NCBI GenBank assembly: GCA_001768965.1
Contig: MEMY01000047.1
Span: forward strand, 141-47,405
Length of the DNA: 47,265 bases
Source: an archaeon RBG_16_50_20
Lineage (GTDB): Archaea; Thermoproteota; Bathyarchaeia; 40CM-2-53-6
Reading direction: 5' to 3'
The notes below the pieces were generated by a model that did not search any database, was not told the origin of the DNA, and saw only the letters and a program-made list of their open reading frames with translations. Shown one piece after another: positions 45,694-47,265 of the stretch (within the stretch, counting starts at the first letter, position 1; each line of letters starts with the position of its first letter). The translations under genes were made by a program, and so were the position numbers.

Positions 45694-46086
45694 TTGAGTT
45701 CAGAGTCAAGGAAAAGTAGCCGCATGGAATCGGTCGCGTCCCCTGAAACGTCACTCTATCACAGTTCGGGATGGAATGTAGCAGCTGCCTGCATTGAACC
45801 GCTGCACAATATCATGGTTGCGGCGACAGAGGTTGTTCTGACGATCGATCTACCATACGTGGATCAAAAGCAGGTGAAACTACGTTGTCCAGCCAACGAC
45901 ATCCTTGAGGTATATGCAGACACAACGAGAAAGATCACTTTCAGGGAGCTTGGCGCCAAGCATCGGCATGGCGAGTTCACATGCTACCATGCACGAATCC
46001 GAATTCCTGTCCCAGTCGATGAAAGCAGGATCAACAAACACTTCAAGCGGGGAGTTCTTGAAGTCCATCTGCCGCGGCTGAGGTAG
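45694..46086 (+). CDS. Hsp20/alpha-crystallin family small heat-shock protein
   Basis: VVLTIDLPYVDQKQVKLRCPANDILEVYA ... FKRGVLEVHLPR matches the ACD pattern. The start is TTG 45694 or ATG 45724. Confidence 0.7.
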   Translation: MSSESRKSSRMESVASPETSLYHSSGWNVAAACIEPLHNIMVAATEVVLTIDLPYVDQKQVKLRCPANDILEVYADTTRKITFRELGAKHRHGEFTCYHARIRIPVPVDESRINKHFKRGVLEVHLPRLR

Positions 46087-46094
46087 CTGGACGA

Positions 46095-47265
46095 CTACCT
46101 TCCAGATCGCTCAAGCGCCGCCAACGTGAGTAGCGGAAATATCACCGTTGCATCTCCGATAATAGTTGCGAGCTTATTCGCGCGTTTGATCTTCCCCCAG
46201 CTAATTGCCTCCTCAAGCGGCGCTCCGCTTGCTCCTCCACCTTCGGGACGATCCAGCGTGATCTGAATCGCAGCATCCACTCCACCCCGGTACGAATTTG
46301 CGATCAGTACATGGTGCTTGGGCATTCCACCTCCGAGGATGATGACGCCTACTTTCTTGGACTCATAGGTCATGTCGACGAGTTTGGAAAAGTCCTTGAA
46401 GGGATTGATGAAGAGAGTGTGGAGTCGACTATAGGTCCACAGATTTAGCCCAAGCATTGAATCAAATATCCCTGGACAGAACACGGGAACTGAGCGTTTC
46501 TGGGCGATGTTCAGAAGTGATCGGTTGTCTCGAAGTTGTTATCACCGTTGCATCTCCGATAATAGTTGCGAGCTTATTCGCGCGTTTGATCTTCCCCCAG
46601 CTAATTGCCTCCTCAAGCGGCGCTCCGCTTGCTCCTCCACCTTCGGGACGATCCAGCGTGATCTGAATCGCAGCATCCACTCCACCCCGGTACGAATTTG
46701 CGATCAGTACATGGTGCTTGGGCATTCCACCTCCGAGGATGATGACGCCTACTTTCTTGGACTCATAGGTCATGTCGACGAGTTTGGAAAAGTCCTTGAA
46801 GGGATTGATGAAGAGAGTGTGGAGTCGACTATAGGTCCACAGATTTAGCCCAAGCATTGAATCAAATATCCCTGGACAGAACACGGGAACTGAGCGTTTC
46901 TGGGCGATGTTCAGAAGTGATCGGTTGTCTCGAAGTTGTTTGCCGAATTCCCATAGTAATTCGTAACTTGCGATGTTGCGACGTTTTGTTTCAGGAATGC
47001 GTGTTAGCATTTTGTGTGTGGTTTTTTCCAAATGCTCTATGGCCTTTTGCTTGACCAATAGGTCGTAAATTCGAGACAATCCTCTTCGTTTCAAGGTCGT
47101 ATCGTTCATGGTCTCGGAGCCTACTATGTGTCTGTGTCCTAAAGCTTCCAGCATGTCGTGAGTCACATTGGCTCCTGTTGTGACTACGCCGTTCAGCAAC
47201 TTCTGATCTACAAGGTCTGTAAGTACGGTCCTTAGGCCACCTGGAACAATCGGACCCGCCAACGA
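46095..47265 (-). pseudogene. dys: deoxyhypusine synthase, 5-prime end outside the window, reading frame broken (as assembled) by a 400-bp tandem duplication
   Basis: DHS motifs (VVTTGANVTHD, VFCPGIFDSMLG, IILGGGMPKHH, GGGASGAPLEEAISWGK). The track splits it into 46462..47262 and 46095..46484, which share 120+ identical residues. Confidence 0.85.
46141..46940. repeat. perfect 2 x 400-bp tandem direct repeat
   Basis: 46141-46540 and 46541-46940 are identical base for base on inspection. The junction reads cgaagttgtt|atcaccgttg. The match extends by one base (t at 46140 and 46540). Confidence 0.95.

Noticed and set aside
46141-46940. Whether the 400-bp repeat could be a CRISPR, a mobile-element terminus or a gene-family paralogue pair.
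   Set aside because: There are only two copies, they are directly abutting with no spacer, they are 100% identical and they lie entirely within one coding sequence. This fits a simple tandem duplication or assembly artefact only.

Overview
This is a gene-dense archaeal chromosomal segment of about 47 kb (about 50% GC by eye), made up almost entirely of housekeeping genes. I recognised no rRNA, tRNA, CRISPR array, transposase or integrase. All family calls were made by eye from motifs, with no searches run.

Main blocks:
- (1) 3.9-13.0 kb, + strand: a nine-gene, translationally coupled operon. It joins aspartate kinase and aspartate-semialdehyde dehydrogenase to the archaeal-type shikimate pathway (ADH synthase, DHQ synthase II, aroD, aroE, GHMP-type shikimate kinase, aroA, aroC). 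It converges on tyrA and a chorismate-mutase/aminotransferase fusion.
- (2) 16.5-24.2 kb: gcvH, a RadB-like ATPase, CDP-archaeol synthase, a small membrane protein resembling eukaryotic OSTC/DC2, gcvT, and a 925-aa AglB with eukaryotic STT3-type motifs.
- (3) The L44e / S27e / aIF2alpha / Nop10 cluster, split by a three-gene sugar-modification-like cassette.
- (4) 27.6-44.8 kb: a long minus-strand array. It holds GINS51, PriS, an S8 protease, PriL, PCNA, TFS, the Dph2/methylase/Csl4/RpoL cluster, L10e, TrmJ, KsgA, Dpo4, DUF655, RpoF, L21e and SRP54.
- (5) A PAC2-type chaperone, Hsp20, and a deoxyhypusine synthase gene broken by a perfect 400-bp tandem duplication near the window end.

The candidates most worth a second look are the OSTC-like gene near the STT3-type AglB, the PAC3/PAC4-like protein, the chorismate-mutase/aminotransferase fusion and the deoxyhypusine synthase duplication. 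I did not find a clear-cut novel multi-gene system such as a defence island.
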